The translations under genes were made by a program, and so were the position numbers. This document shows, in pieces, positions 9,257 through 16,653 of a stretch of DNA of 25,574 nucleotides. The first letter of the stretch is position 1. Every line of letters begins with the position of its first letter. The stretch is taken from contig CAZTDB010000002.1 of assembly GCA_964612385.1 (NCBI GenBank), positions 1 through 25,574 of the forward strand, in the 5' to 3' direction. Source of the stretch: an uncultured Ignavibacteriaceae bacterium (GTDB taxonomy: Bacteria > Bacteroidota > Ignavibacteria > Ignavibacteriales > Ignavibacteriaceae). The notes under the pieces are model-generated. The model was given only the letters and a program-made list of their open reading frames with translations. It had not been told where the DNA came from and did not search any database.

Positions 9257-9303
9257 GACTAGTGAAAGAAGTTGCTGGAAGAATATTAGGAAGAAAAAAT
9301 TGT

Positions 9304-9648
9304 TTATATATCCTTAATCAGATAATCACTCAATCTTTTTAATAATTTCTTATGACGAAATTCCGAAATTCTGCCAATCTTTCCAGCAACCAAATTAATT
9401 GGAGCAACCGCCAGAAAGCTTAATCGAATAATTGAATCTTTAATTATTCCACTATCTTTAAAATCATTATCTTTCTCTGAAATCAGTTCATCGAAGTTTT
9501 TAATTAGTTGATGGATTTGGGTGCTTATACCACAAACCAGAAAATCATTATAGGGTGAAGGAAGCTGCCGAAGAAGTAATACTGGTCTTAATTTTGATTT
9601 TCCATCTGCCTGAGGAAGGGCAGCAAGTACTACATCCCCCTCTTTCAT
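9304..9648 (-). CDS. PemK/MazF family endoribonuclease toxin
   Basis: GDVVLAALPQADGKSKLRPVLLL...VCGIST...GIIKDSIIR matches PemK/MazF; 4-nt overlap with the upstream small gene. Confidence 0.88.
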   Translation of the reverse strand: MKEGDVVLAALPQADGKSKLRPVLLLRQLPSPYNDFLVCGISTQIHQLIKNFDELISEKDNDFKDSGIIKDSIIRLSFLAVAPINLVAGKIGRISEFRHKKLLKRLSDYLIKDI

Positions 9649-9908
9649 TTTTTATAATCCGGGTTGGGTTCTTTAATCATTGAAACAGAGTATTCTGGTT
9701 CATCTTCAGAATATGCTTTGTTTAACTGAGATAAAGATGAATCAGCCCACTCCTTTCTTTCGTCTGAATCTGATTCAGATTTTCGGAACGATCCTTCGGA
9801 AAGAACAGTAACAAGTAATTTATCTTTTGGATGAAGCTCAAATGGTGCATCAAGTATTATTGATTTGCCATCGAAATGTGCAGGCAGTGTAATAAGCGGT
9901 TTTTTCAT
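9645..9908 (-). CDS. Putative antitoxin of the PemK-type toxin (start moved to ATG 9908, MKKPLITL...)
   Basis: Small gene with acidic C-terminus (AYSEDEPEYS) overlapping the toxin start. The ORF-track extension to 9977 starts at TTG inside repeat H sequence. Confidence 0.7.
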   Translation of the reverse strand: MKKPLITLPAHFDGKSIILDAPFELHPKDKLLVTVLSEGSFRKSESDSDERKEWADSSLSQLNKAYSEDEPEYSVSMIKEPNPDYKK

Positions 9909-10101
9909 TTTAATCAGAGTTTTTTTGTTTAAAGATAGTAAATAAATGTTTAACTGAAAACAAAACCTTAGTAGCAAGTAAACAACCGAATAATCAAAAC
10001 CAAGGCAAACGGTATTGTTTATTTTTCTTGTATTTCATTTATGTAGGAACATCAATTATGATGTTCATTATAAAAAAAATTTTTATGCGGAGTGGACCTG
10101 A

Positions 10102-10527
10102 TTAATTTTCCGGGTACTTTGCCTGAAGCCAGGTTATAGTTTCCTTCATTAACATTTTCAATTTTCCCTGGTCTATGTCCGAAAGTTTTTTGATGTAAAT
10201 ACAAGCCTTGCCCATCTTGAAATTTCCGAGACCATCCAGCAGATGTTTGTGCTTGTCGAGTCCGGTAAACACATAGAGTGAAATCGCTGCCTTACGCGGA
10301 GAGAAGCCGATCATTGGCGCATCACCCTCATGACCACTGTCGTATTTATAATGATATCTTCCAAAACCGATAATACTCGGACCCCACATTCTGGGTTTGT
10401 GACCTGAGATTGATTGCATCAGTTTTATTATGTCATAACTGTCATTTCGCTTCTGCTTTGTGTCTGCAAATTCGTTAATAAATTGCAGAACATCTTTTTC
10501 CGTTACAGTTGTTTTGTTTTTTGCCAT
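10102..10527 (-). CDS. DUF1801 (YdhG-like) domain protein
   Basis: PRMWGPSIIGFGRYHYKYDSGHEGD..GFSPRKAAISLY..LGNFKMGKACIYIKKLSDID is the DUF1801 family pattern. Confidence 0.88.
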   Translation of the reverse strand: MAKNKTTVTEKDVLQFINEFADTKQKRNDSYDIIKLMQSISGHKPRMWGPSIIGFGRYHYKYDSGHEGDAPMIGFSPRKAAISLYVFTGLDKHKHLLDGLGNFKMGKACIYIKKLSDIDQGKLKMLMKETITWLQAKYPEN

Positions 10528-10700
10528 AGATTAATTCCTTTATTGACTCACTTTAAATTAATAAAATTTTTTGTATCCGCATGGAGTGTAAATTTTGTTG
10601 TTGTGGATTAGGTTGTACTTACTGCACATTTTCCCAGCAATAATATTTTTATCCTGTAAAATATTGGCTTAATAATAGTAATTAGTTTTGATCAAAGAAC

Positions 10701-10855
10701 CCTGCCTACCGGTTTACTTACCGAATTTATCCAACGCAGGTAGAGGTATTGCTGGCAGTGTTGATGGAAGTTTAAAGCTTGGAGTATTGAGGGAGTGAAG
10801 TTCTTGACAGACAAGCGAAATGAAAAATATTTTTGTGTGGATTGAATTTTGTCAA
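10701..10855. repeat. Repeat unit P-M, copy 3 (partial, begins in a CCTGCCTACCGG palindrome remnant)
   Basis: TTTAAAGCTTGGAGTATTGAGGGAGTGAAGTTCTTGACAGACAAGCGAAATGAAAAATATTTTTGTGTGGATTGAATTTT aligns without gaps to the other copies. Confidence 0.8.
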
Positions 10856-10986
10856 AATAATTAAATACCGTGATTGGCTTTCCATTAAATCACATATTTT
10901 TAATTTCCTATAATACAATAACTTATCTATCCCTTCCTCTTTTTCGTCGGTTTGTTTTTAATAAGAAAATAGAATAAATTAACATA

Positions 10987-11042
10987 ATAAACTAAAAACC
11001 ATACTTCATTATAAACTATAAATTAAGCAACACAATAAACTA
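10987..11042 (+). promoter_or_regulatory. Three ATAAACTA direct repeats at 24-bp spacing upstream of the Fic gene (possible operator)
   Basis: ATAAACTA at 10987, 11011 and 11035; ATG at 11050. Confidence 0.45.
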
Positions 11043-11049
11043 AAATATA

Positions 11050-12576
11050 ATGGCAGCACCACACCAAAAATTAGCTCAGTCCCTTGAAGTGTTAAAGCAA
11101 TTCCAGGATAAGAATGGAGTAGCAATAATAAAATCTGATGCACTTTCAAGAACCCATAGAGAACGACTGTTGAAAAATGGTTTCATCAAAGAAGTCATGA
11201 AAGGGTGGTACATTTCAAACAATCCGCAGGAAAGAAAGGGTGAAAGTACAGCCTGGTATTCGGCTTTTTGGAAATTTTGTTCTGTTTACCTGAATGATCG
11301 TTTCGATAAGGACTGGTGCGTTTCGCCCGACCAATCAATATCATTGCATTGCGAAAACTGGACGATACCAAAGCAGTTGTTGATTCGTTCCTCCAAAGCA
11401 AGTAATAATGTTACCAACCTTTTATTTGATACATCACTTGTAGATGCAGTATTAACTATGCCTGCAGAAACAGATATTATTGAAAAGAATGGCATACGTA
11501 TTTTCTCTTTAACCTCTGCCTTGTTGGCCTGTACGCCGAATTTCTTTTCACAAAATCCAATAGATGCCCGGACAGCACTAACCGGTGTAAAAGATGCTTC
11601 AGAAATACTGGTACCGCTTCTTGATGGAGGTAATTCCGTTATTGCAGGGAGGCTGGCAGGTGCATTCAGAAATATCGGAAGAGACCGCATTGCTGATGAA
11701 ATTATTAAAACTATGAAAGCAGCCGGTTATGATATACGTGAAAATGATCCGTTTGAAAAAAAGCTTCAATATACTTTTACAGACCGCTCCACTTCTCCGT
11801 ACGTAAACAGAATAAAATTGATGTGGCAGCAGATGCGTGAACCTATACTAAAATATTTTCCCAAACCACCTGGTATTCCCACAGATAAAACCTCTTATTT
11901 CAAACTTGTTGATGATAATTATAAAACTGATGCATACCATTCATTATCTATCGAAGGTTACAGGGTCACATCAGAACTGATAGAACGTGTAATGGGCGGT
12001 AACTGGAACCCGGACAGAAATGAAAAAGATAATGAGCAGAAAAATGCTCTTGCTGCCCGCGGCTATTTTCTTGCTTTTGAAGCTGTAAAAAAAAGTATAG
12101 CAAAAATATTTGAAGATGAAAATCCCGGGAAAGTAGCAGACGATGATCACAGCGATTGGTACAGAGAAATGTTTAGCCCATCTGTAACAGCAGGCTTATT
12201 ACGTACCTCTGATCTTGCCGGCTACAGGAATTCACAGGTTTACGTTTCTAACTCAAATCATATTCCTATGAACTGTGATGGTGTCCGGGATGCAATGCCG
12301 GTTTTATTTGATATGCTAAAGGACGAAAAAGAGCCGGCTGTCCGGGCAGTGCTTGGACATTTTATTTTCGTTTACATTCATCCCTATATGGATGGTAACG
12401 GAAGAATAGGCAGATTTCTGATGAATGTAATGCTGGCATCAGGAGGTTTCCCCTGGACCATTATAACTTTAGAAAGACGAAATGATTATATGAATGCTTT
12501 AGAAAAGGCGAGTGTTGAACAAAACATTAGTGATTTTGCTAAATTTATTGCGAGCCTCGTCAGCGAAAAAAAATAA
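11050..12576 (+). CDS. Fic family protein (508 aa) with long N-terminal extension
   Basis: Canonical Fic motif HPYMDGNGRIGR near the C-terminus; AYHSLSIEGY upstream. Confidence 0.92.
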   Translation: MAAPHQKLAQSLEVLKQFQDKNGVAIIKSDALSRTHRERLLKNGFIKEVMKGWYISNNPQERKGESTAWYSAFWKFCSVYLNDRFDKDWCVSPDQSISLHCENWTIPKQLLIRSSKASNNVTNLLFDTSLVDAVLTMPAETDIIEKNGIRIFSLTSALLACTPNFFSQNPIDARTALTGVKDASEILVPLLDGGNSVIAGRLAGAFRNIGRDRIADEIIKTMKAAGYDIRENDPFEKKLQYTFTDRSTSPYVNRIKLMWQQMREPILKYFPKPPGIPTDKTSYFKLVDDNYKTDAYHSLSIEGYRVTSELIERVMGGNWNPDRNEKDNEQKNALAARGYFLAFEAVKKSIAKIFEDENPGKVADDDHSDWYREMFSPSVTAGLLRTSDLAGYRNSQVYVSNSNHIPMNCDGVRDAMPVLFDMLKDEKEPAVRAVLGHFIFVYIHPYMDGNGRIGRFLMNVMLASGGFPWTIITLERRNDYMNALEKASVEQNISDFAKFIASLVSEKK

Positions 12577-12642
12577 GATACATTTTTATTGGTAACGGCT
12601 CAGGAAAGAGTTGGGTTTGTTATGGAGATGAGCCTTTAAATT

Positions 12643-12790
12643 CTTTACCCTTTGTGCAGCTTTGGGATTGCCGAAACGATCCTTTGGAGTAGTCTTTTTA
12701 ATTATAGGTTGATAGCAGTTTAAAGCTTAGAGTACTGAGCGAGAGAAGTTCCTGACTGCCAAGCGAAATAAAAAATATTTTTATGTGGAT
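12643..12790. repeat. Repeat unit P-M, copy 4
   Basis: CTTTACCC..GGGATTG..GTAGTCTTTTTAATTATAG..TTTAAAGCTTAGAGTACTGAG..GAAGTTCCTGACTGCCAAGCGAAATAAAAAATATTTTTATGTGG. Confidence 0.85.
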
Positions 12791-12827
12791 ATTACCTGCA
12801 GCCTACTTTTTAGATTTGTTTTCGTGT

Positions 12828-13154
12828 TTATATCTTTTGAAGTAATGATAAGAGTTGCGGCAGGTTATTATTAACGGTATTCCATACAAGCTCAATGTTA
12901 ACTTCAAAGTATCCATGGATTAATCTGTTCCTCATTCCAATAATATCTTTCCACGGTACTTCAGGATATTTTAGTTTTATTTCTTCGGATATTTTTGAAG
13001 CGGCTTCTCCAATTATTTCAATTTCCTTAATTACAGAAAGAATGAGCATCCTGTTTTGAGAAAAATCTTTTTCAGAAATTTCATCAGTAAATGATAATGC
13101 TTCCTCTGCTGCATCAATCATATGCTGAATCCTGATTCTGTCTTCAGGCTTCAT
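12828..13154 (-). CDS. hepT: HepT-like HEPN ribonuclease toxin (DUF86)
   Basis: RX4HXY motif RNRLIHGY; EIIGEAAS..PEVPWKDIIGMR. Confidence 0.9.
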   Translation of the reverse strand: MKPEDRIRIQHMIDAAEEALSFTDEISEKDFSQNRMLILSVIKEIEIIGEAASKISEEIKLKYPEVPWKDIIGMRNRLIHGYFEVNIELVWNTVNNNLPQLLSLLQKI

Positions 13155-13440
13155 ATTTAACTTTTGCTTCTTTTACAATAGTATCTCTGAAATATCTGCT
13201 TAGTTCTTCGGGTGTGCGAAGATCAACTTTTACACCGATTATTTCAGAAAGTTCACGTTCCAGTCTTGCCACATCAAGTAAACCGTAGCCGGTATTTTTC
13301 TCAAACTCTACCAGCAAATCAATATCACTTCCTACACTATAAGAATTTTTTAAATAAGACCCGAACAAAGAAAGTTTTCTAATCTTATTTGCTTTGCAAA
13401 AATCTTTAAGTTCTTTTGACTTTTTGGTTAATATATCCAT
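13144..13440 (-). CDS. mntA: MntA-like minimal nucleotidyltransferase antitoxin
   Basis: GSX10DXD motif in LFGSYLKNSYSVGSDIDLLVEF; overlaps the hepT start. Confidence 0.9.
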   Translation of the reverse strand: MDILTKKSKELKDFCKANKIRKLSLFGSYLKNSYSVGSDIDLLVEFEKNTGYGLLDVARLERELSEIIGVKVDLRTPEELSRYFRDTIVKEAKVKYEA

Positions 13441-13559
13441 AACGTTTGATTTTTTTTTACAATTTAAATTTATTCATTTGCGGGCTGCTATGAAAATGGA
13501 ATTTGTATCTTAAAAAACATAAAAATACTTTTTTACACGGAATGAAAGTCGAAGTATTA

Positions 13560-13674
13560 GTCTGGAAGTGGCAGGCTCTGAATGTAATACACGGGAAATG
13601 TTCCTTATGGACCCTTAAGGAAACAGGTTAAGGTTTAGTAATACTGTAAATAAAAGTTAATGCTAAAATGAAGG
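13560..13674. repeat. Repeat R, copy 1 (empty form)
   Basis: GTCTGGAAGTGG..CTGAATGTAATACAC.GGAAATGT..CTTATGGACCC..GGAAACAGGTTAAGGTTTAGTAATACTGTAAATAAAAGTTAAT..AAATGAAGG; homologous to 14478-14685. Confidence 0.8.
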
Positions 13675-13766
13675 AGCGAGAATATGTTAGGAAGTTCTTG
13701 TCCGCATTTGGAGGAGTTCCTGAAAGCCTTGGGAATATAATAACCTGGGGTGAAGTTTTATGCTTG

Positions 13767-14015
13767 TTATTTATAAATATCTTTTCTATGTCCGATTCGA
13801 AGTATAATTACTTTGTCTTTATCAATGTCAAAGATAACCCTGTAATCCCCTATTCTGAATCTATATGAACCAATGAGTGGATTAGATAATTTTCTGCTAT
13901 TACCAACAGGATCATTAATTAAAGTTTTTTACTTTTTTTTAATTGTTACCTTAACATCTTCATTTAATTTATCAATATCCTTTATAGCTCTTTTTACAAG
14001 AATGATTTTGTACAT
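13767..14015 (-). pseudogene. RelE/ParE family toxin gene with in-frame TAA at codon 29
   Basis: Manual translation: MYKIILVKRAIKDIDKLNEDVKVTIKKK*KTLINDPVGNSRKLSNPLIGSYRFRIGDYRVIFDIDKDKVIILRIGHRKDIYK*. TAATG overlap with the antitoxin; internal stop at 13929-13931. Confidence 0.88.
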
Positions 14016-14206
14016 TAAAGTACTTCATCAATGTCTTTGAAATCCCCTGCTTTGTAATCTTCCCGTGCTTCACGAATGGAATTAATATAATCCTTGCTTG
14101 ATAGTGCTTTTAAATCTTCGAGATAATCTTCAATTGCTTCCTGAACAGATTTTGAAATTAATTCTTTTAACTCGTCAATAGTTAGTTCCGATACTCTTGT
14201 GTTCAT
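14015..14206 (-). CDS. Putative antitoxin of the RelE-type toxin
   Basis: 63-aa acidic protein (SIREAREDYKAGDFKDIDEVL) translationally coupled to the RelE-like frame; GGAG RBS. Confidence 0.78.
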   Translation of the reverse strand: MNTRVSELTIDELKELISKSVQEAIEDYLEDLKALSSKDYINSIREAREDYKAGDFKDIDEVL

Positions 14207-14298
14207 TTATTGCTCCTGTTTTAGAATTGGATTTTCATTGCTATAATTTTAATAAATATTTCGGCGAATAAAAAGAGTTGATTAAATACATTTGAAAA

Positions 14299-14429
14299 TA
14301 ACCTTAGTAACACAGCACACAACCCCGGGATAAAAACCTTATTACCTTATTAAAAAGTGAATATTTTTTTAGAATGAATAAGGTAATAAGGTCAGTGGTC
14401 TTGGTTACAGGATTTCGTTACTAAGGTTA
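14299..14429. repeat. Long inverted-repeat element H, intact copy
   Basis: 13-bp outer IR (14299-14311/14417-14429), 16-bp inner IR (14336-14351/14377-14392), 24-nt unpaired spacers on both sides, 25-nt central loop. Confidence 0.88.
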
Positions 14430-14477
14430 ATACTTATGGAAAACCATATCGTTACTTGGTGTGCGAGTCTAAACCCT

Positions 14478-14685
14478 GTCAGGAAGTGCCTGATTCTGAA
14501 TGGAATACACCTGTAATGTCATCCTGCCTGCCCCTTGGGGATGTTGCCTGCCCTCTGTAATGAAATGAAGGAGGGTTGAAGGAAATGTCATCCTGAGCTT
14601 GTCGAAGGATGTCTCTTATGGACCCTGACGGAAACAGATTAAGGTTTAGTAATCCTGTTAATAAAAGTTAATACTTAAATGAAGG
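14478..14685. repeat. Repeat R, copy 2 (filled with two palindromic insertions)
   Basis: Colinear with 13560-13674 apart from an ~70-bp composite at 14511-14580 and the 24-bp TGTCATCCTGAGCTTGTCGAAGGA at 14586-14609. Confidence 0.8.
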
Positions 14686-14774
14686 GAAAGCATTTGGCAG
14701 GGAGTAGTCTTGACAGTCTTGAAAAGTTATATAATTAAATAGTGTAATTTGGTTGGTTGTAGATAGGAAATATT

Positions 14775-15179
14775 TTATTCTTCAAATCTATTACGGTTCA
14801 TATCAGAATATGTACTATAATCGGTTGTAAGTTCTTCACCCTTTTTTATATCTCTAATCGCAAAAAATAATAAATTTTTATCCGCAGCAACGTTTGGCTC
14901 CTGTGAATAATTAAGATACCAGGCAACAGTTAATTGATTAAAATTTTTAGGGCATCCGTACGAACTACCTTTTTTAACACAAAAGTCTTTATACAATTTT
15001 TTGATTTCTTTTGGTAAATGATTTAACCTGCTTTTTTTAATCCAAACTAAATCTTCATCATCACCATAAAATATATATGTTCCTTTTTTAATATTTTTAA
15101 TTGCAAATACACCAACTCCATGAATTTTGGAAGGAGCTAGACGTGTAAATACTTTATCATGGGGAAGTTTATTTTTCAT
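14775..15179 (-). CDS. SET domain-containing protein (putative protein lysine methyltransferase)
   Basis: SKIHGVGVFAIKNIKKG, YLNYSQEPNV (NHS..PN position) and AIRDIKKGEELTTDY. Confidence 0.88.
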   Translation of the reverse strand: MKNKLPHDKVFTRLAPSKIHGVGVFAIKNIKKGTYIFYGDDEDLVWIKKSRLNHLPKEIKKLYKDFCVKKGSSYGCPKNFNQLTVAWYLNYSQEPNVAADKNLLFFAIRDIKKGEELTTDYSTYSDMNRNRFEE

Positions 15180-15188
15180 ATAACTTTA

Positions 15189-15761
15189 TTACCATTTAAA
15201 GTATGGAAACTTTTTATCGTATTTATATTTATTTGCATTGCGAATTACCCAGTAATAAATAAATAAACTAATTATTATAGGTACAATTATAAAAAATACA
15301 AAATTATTATGATTTACAAGAAATTCAATTGAGCTGAGGATTGTTAAAATATATTCGATAGTCGCAAATACAGAAAGCCAGAATGCTATAATATAAGGTA
15401 TCCAGGATTTCCAACAATCAGCATCTTTCAACCATTCTTCTAATCTGCATTCTGTAAAATCCTTTTGTATAACTTCCAGAGAAATTTGACCATAATACCA
15501 CGCAAGCTTTGACCTCTGTTTATAAAATAAAGCTGAAGCGATAAATAATGCAACAGATGCCAATATTAAAAACCAAATTCCCTTATCAGTTAAATTACTT
15601 GCTACATTGAATGCAACAGAATTTTTATCAATGGAAATTATTCTTTCAATTACTATTGAAGGTACAGCAACACAAAATGCAGATAATATTCCCATGATTG
15701 TCATTTCTTTATCCAAATAGTCTAAATAATATTTAACATCTGAATTCATAATAGTCTCCAT
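15189..15761 (-). CDS. Hypothetical membrane protein (about 4 hydrophobic segments)
   Basis: 190 aa with four long hydrophobic stretches; 9-nt gap to the SET gene. Confidence 0.75.
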   Translation of the reverse strand: METIMNSDVKYYLDYLDKEMTIMGILSAFCVAVPSIVIERIISIDKNSVAFNVASNLTDKGIWFLILASVALFIASALFYKQRSKLAWYYGQISLEVIQKDFTECRLEEWLKDADCWKSWIPYIIAFWLSVFATIEYILTILSSIEFLVNHNNFVFFIIVPIIISLFIYYWVIRNANKYKYDKKFPYFKW

Positions 15762-15809
15762 TAGAAAATCAAATATTGACGGATATTGCTTCTAAAATGC
15801 ACCTGCGTT

Positions 15810-16556
15810 TTATAACTTTTTTGATTTTTGTTTATTTAATATTTTTTTCATCTCTTTAATAGTATATGGTTCACCTGACTTTTTATGAATCATTGCATGG
15901 CAATTTGGACAAACTGGAATTAAATCTTTTATTGGATCAACGTGGTATGTCTTTTTTATTTTACCAATAGGTGTCAGGTGGTGTATATGAATAAAGCCCT
16001 TACCCAATTCACCATAAGTTTTTTCGAAATCAAAAGAACAAACAGAACAAATTGCTTTATAATAAGCAATGCATTTCTCCCGATCTTCTGTATTACGTTC
16101 ATATAAGTTTACAGTTACTTTATGTTGTGCACCTTCTGGAAATGAATCTGAACTTTCGATCTCTTCAGGCGACAAATATACTGTCTGCTTGTTAACAGCA
16201 TACCATTCATCATTAATTTTTTCAAGTGAGCGATCATACAATTCTTTTATAATATAGTCTATAACTGCTGGCGAATCTTTTGGTAATCCTTTTTTTTCTA
16301 TCATTGGAAAAATTTTAAGAGAATATCCTTTATTGGTCACCAAATTTATATTTTCTAGTGCTTCATCATAAGCTTTGTTTTTTTTGTGATTATGGTAAGC
16401 CCAAGATTCTTTTAGAATCATAATATATTCAGGATCTTCATTCCAATCCCAATAACCAAAGATTACACATTTTTTTTTATGATTAACAAATGACCAACTC
16501 CATAACCAATTTTTACATGTAGCTCCATGGGATTCAATAAATTTTTTTCTGCTCAT
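15810..16556 (-). CDS. HNH endonuclease (McrA-like C-terminal domain)
   Basis: CSVCSFDFEKTYGELGKGFIHIHHLTP...DLIPVCPNCHAMIH zinc-HNH module with an unrelated N-terminal domain. Confidence 0.9.
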   Translation of the reverse strand: MSRKKFIESHGATCKNWLWSWSFVNHKKKCVIFGYWDWNEDPEYIMILKESWAYHNHKKNKAYDEALENINLVTNKGYSLKIFPMIEKKGLPKDSPAVIDYIIKELYDRSLEKINDEWYAVNKQTVYLSPEEIESSDSFPEGAQHKVTVNLYERNTEDREKCIAYYKAICSVCSFDFEKTYGELGKGFIHIHHLTPIGKIKKTYHVDPIKDLIPVCPNCHAMIHKKSGEPYTIKEMKKILNKQKSKKL

Positions 16557-16653
16557 AAAAAATTACCTTTTGGAAATTAATGTTTGTAAAAAAAATATTT
16601 TTATAGGGATTACATATGATTTTGAATTAATTGAACTCTCTCTAAATCTCTCC

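Noticed and set aside
9909-9977. N-terminal extension of the PemK antitoxin ORF given in the track
   Set aside because: Starts at a TTG inside the element H left arm and reads as low-complexity intergenic sequence; ATG 9908 is more plausible.
8520-12790. P-M repeat as a small peptide gene (minus strand PHKNIFYFAWQSGTSLAQYSKL*)
   Set aside because: Length is conserved, but non-synonymous changes are at least as common as synonymous ones across the four copies and there is no shared start codon or RBS.
14710-14735. TTGACA...TATAAT sigma70 promoter
   Set aside because: Spacer is only 14 nt and it points at the 3' end of a convergent gene.
6431-16653. CRISPR array or canonical integron
   Set aside because: Repeats are irregularly spaced with kb-scale cargo and no uniform spacers; no cas or intI gene; no RYYYAAC...GTTRRRY boxes in the recurring motif or in element H.
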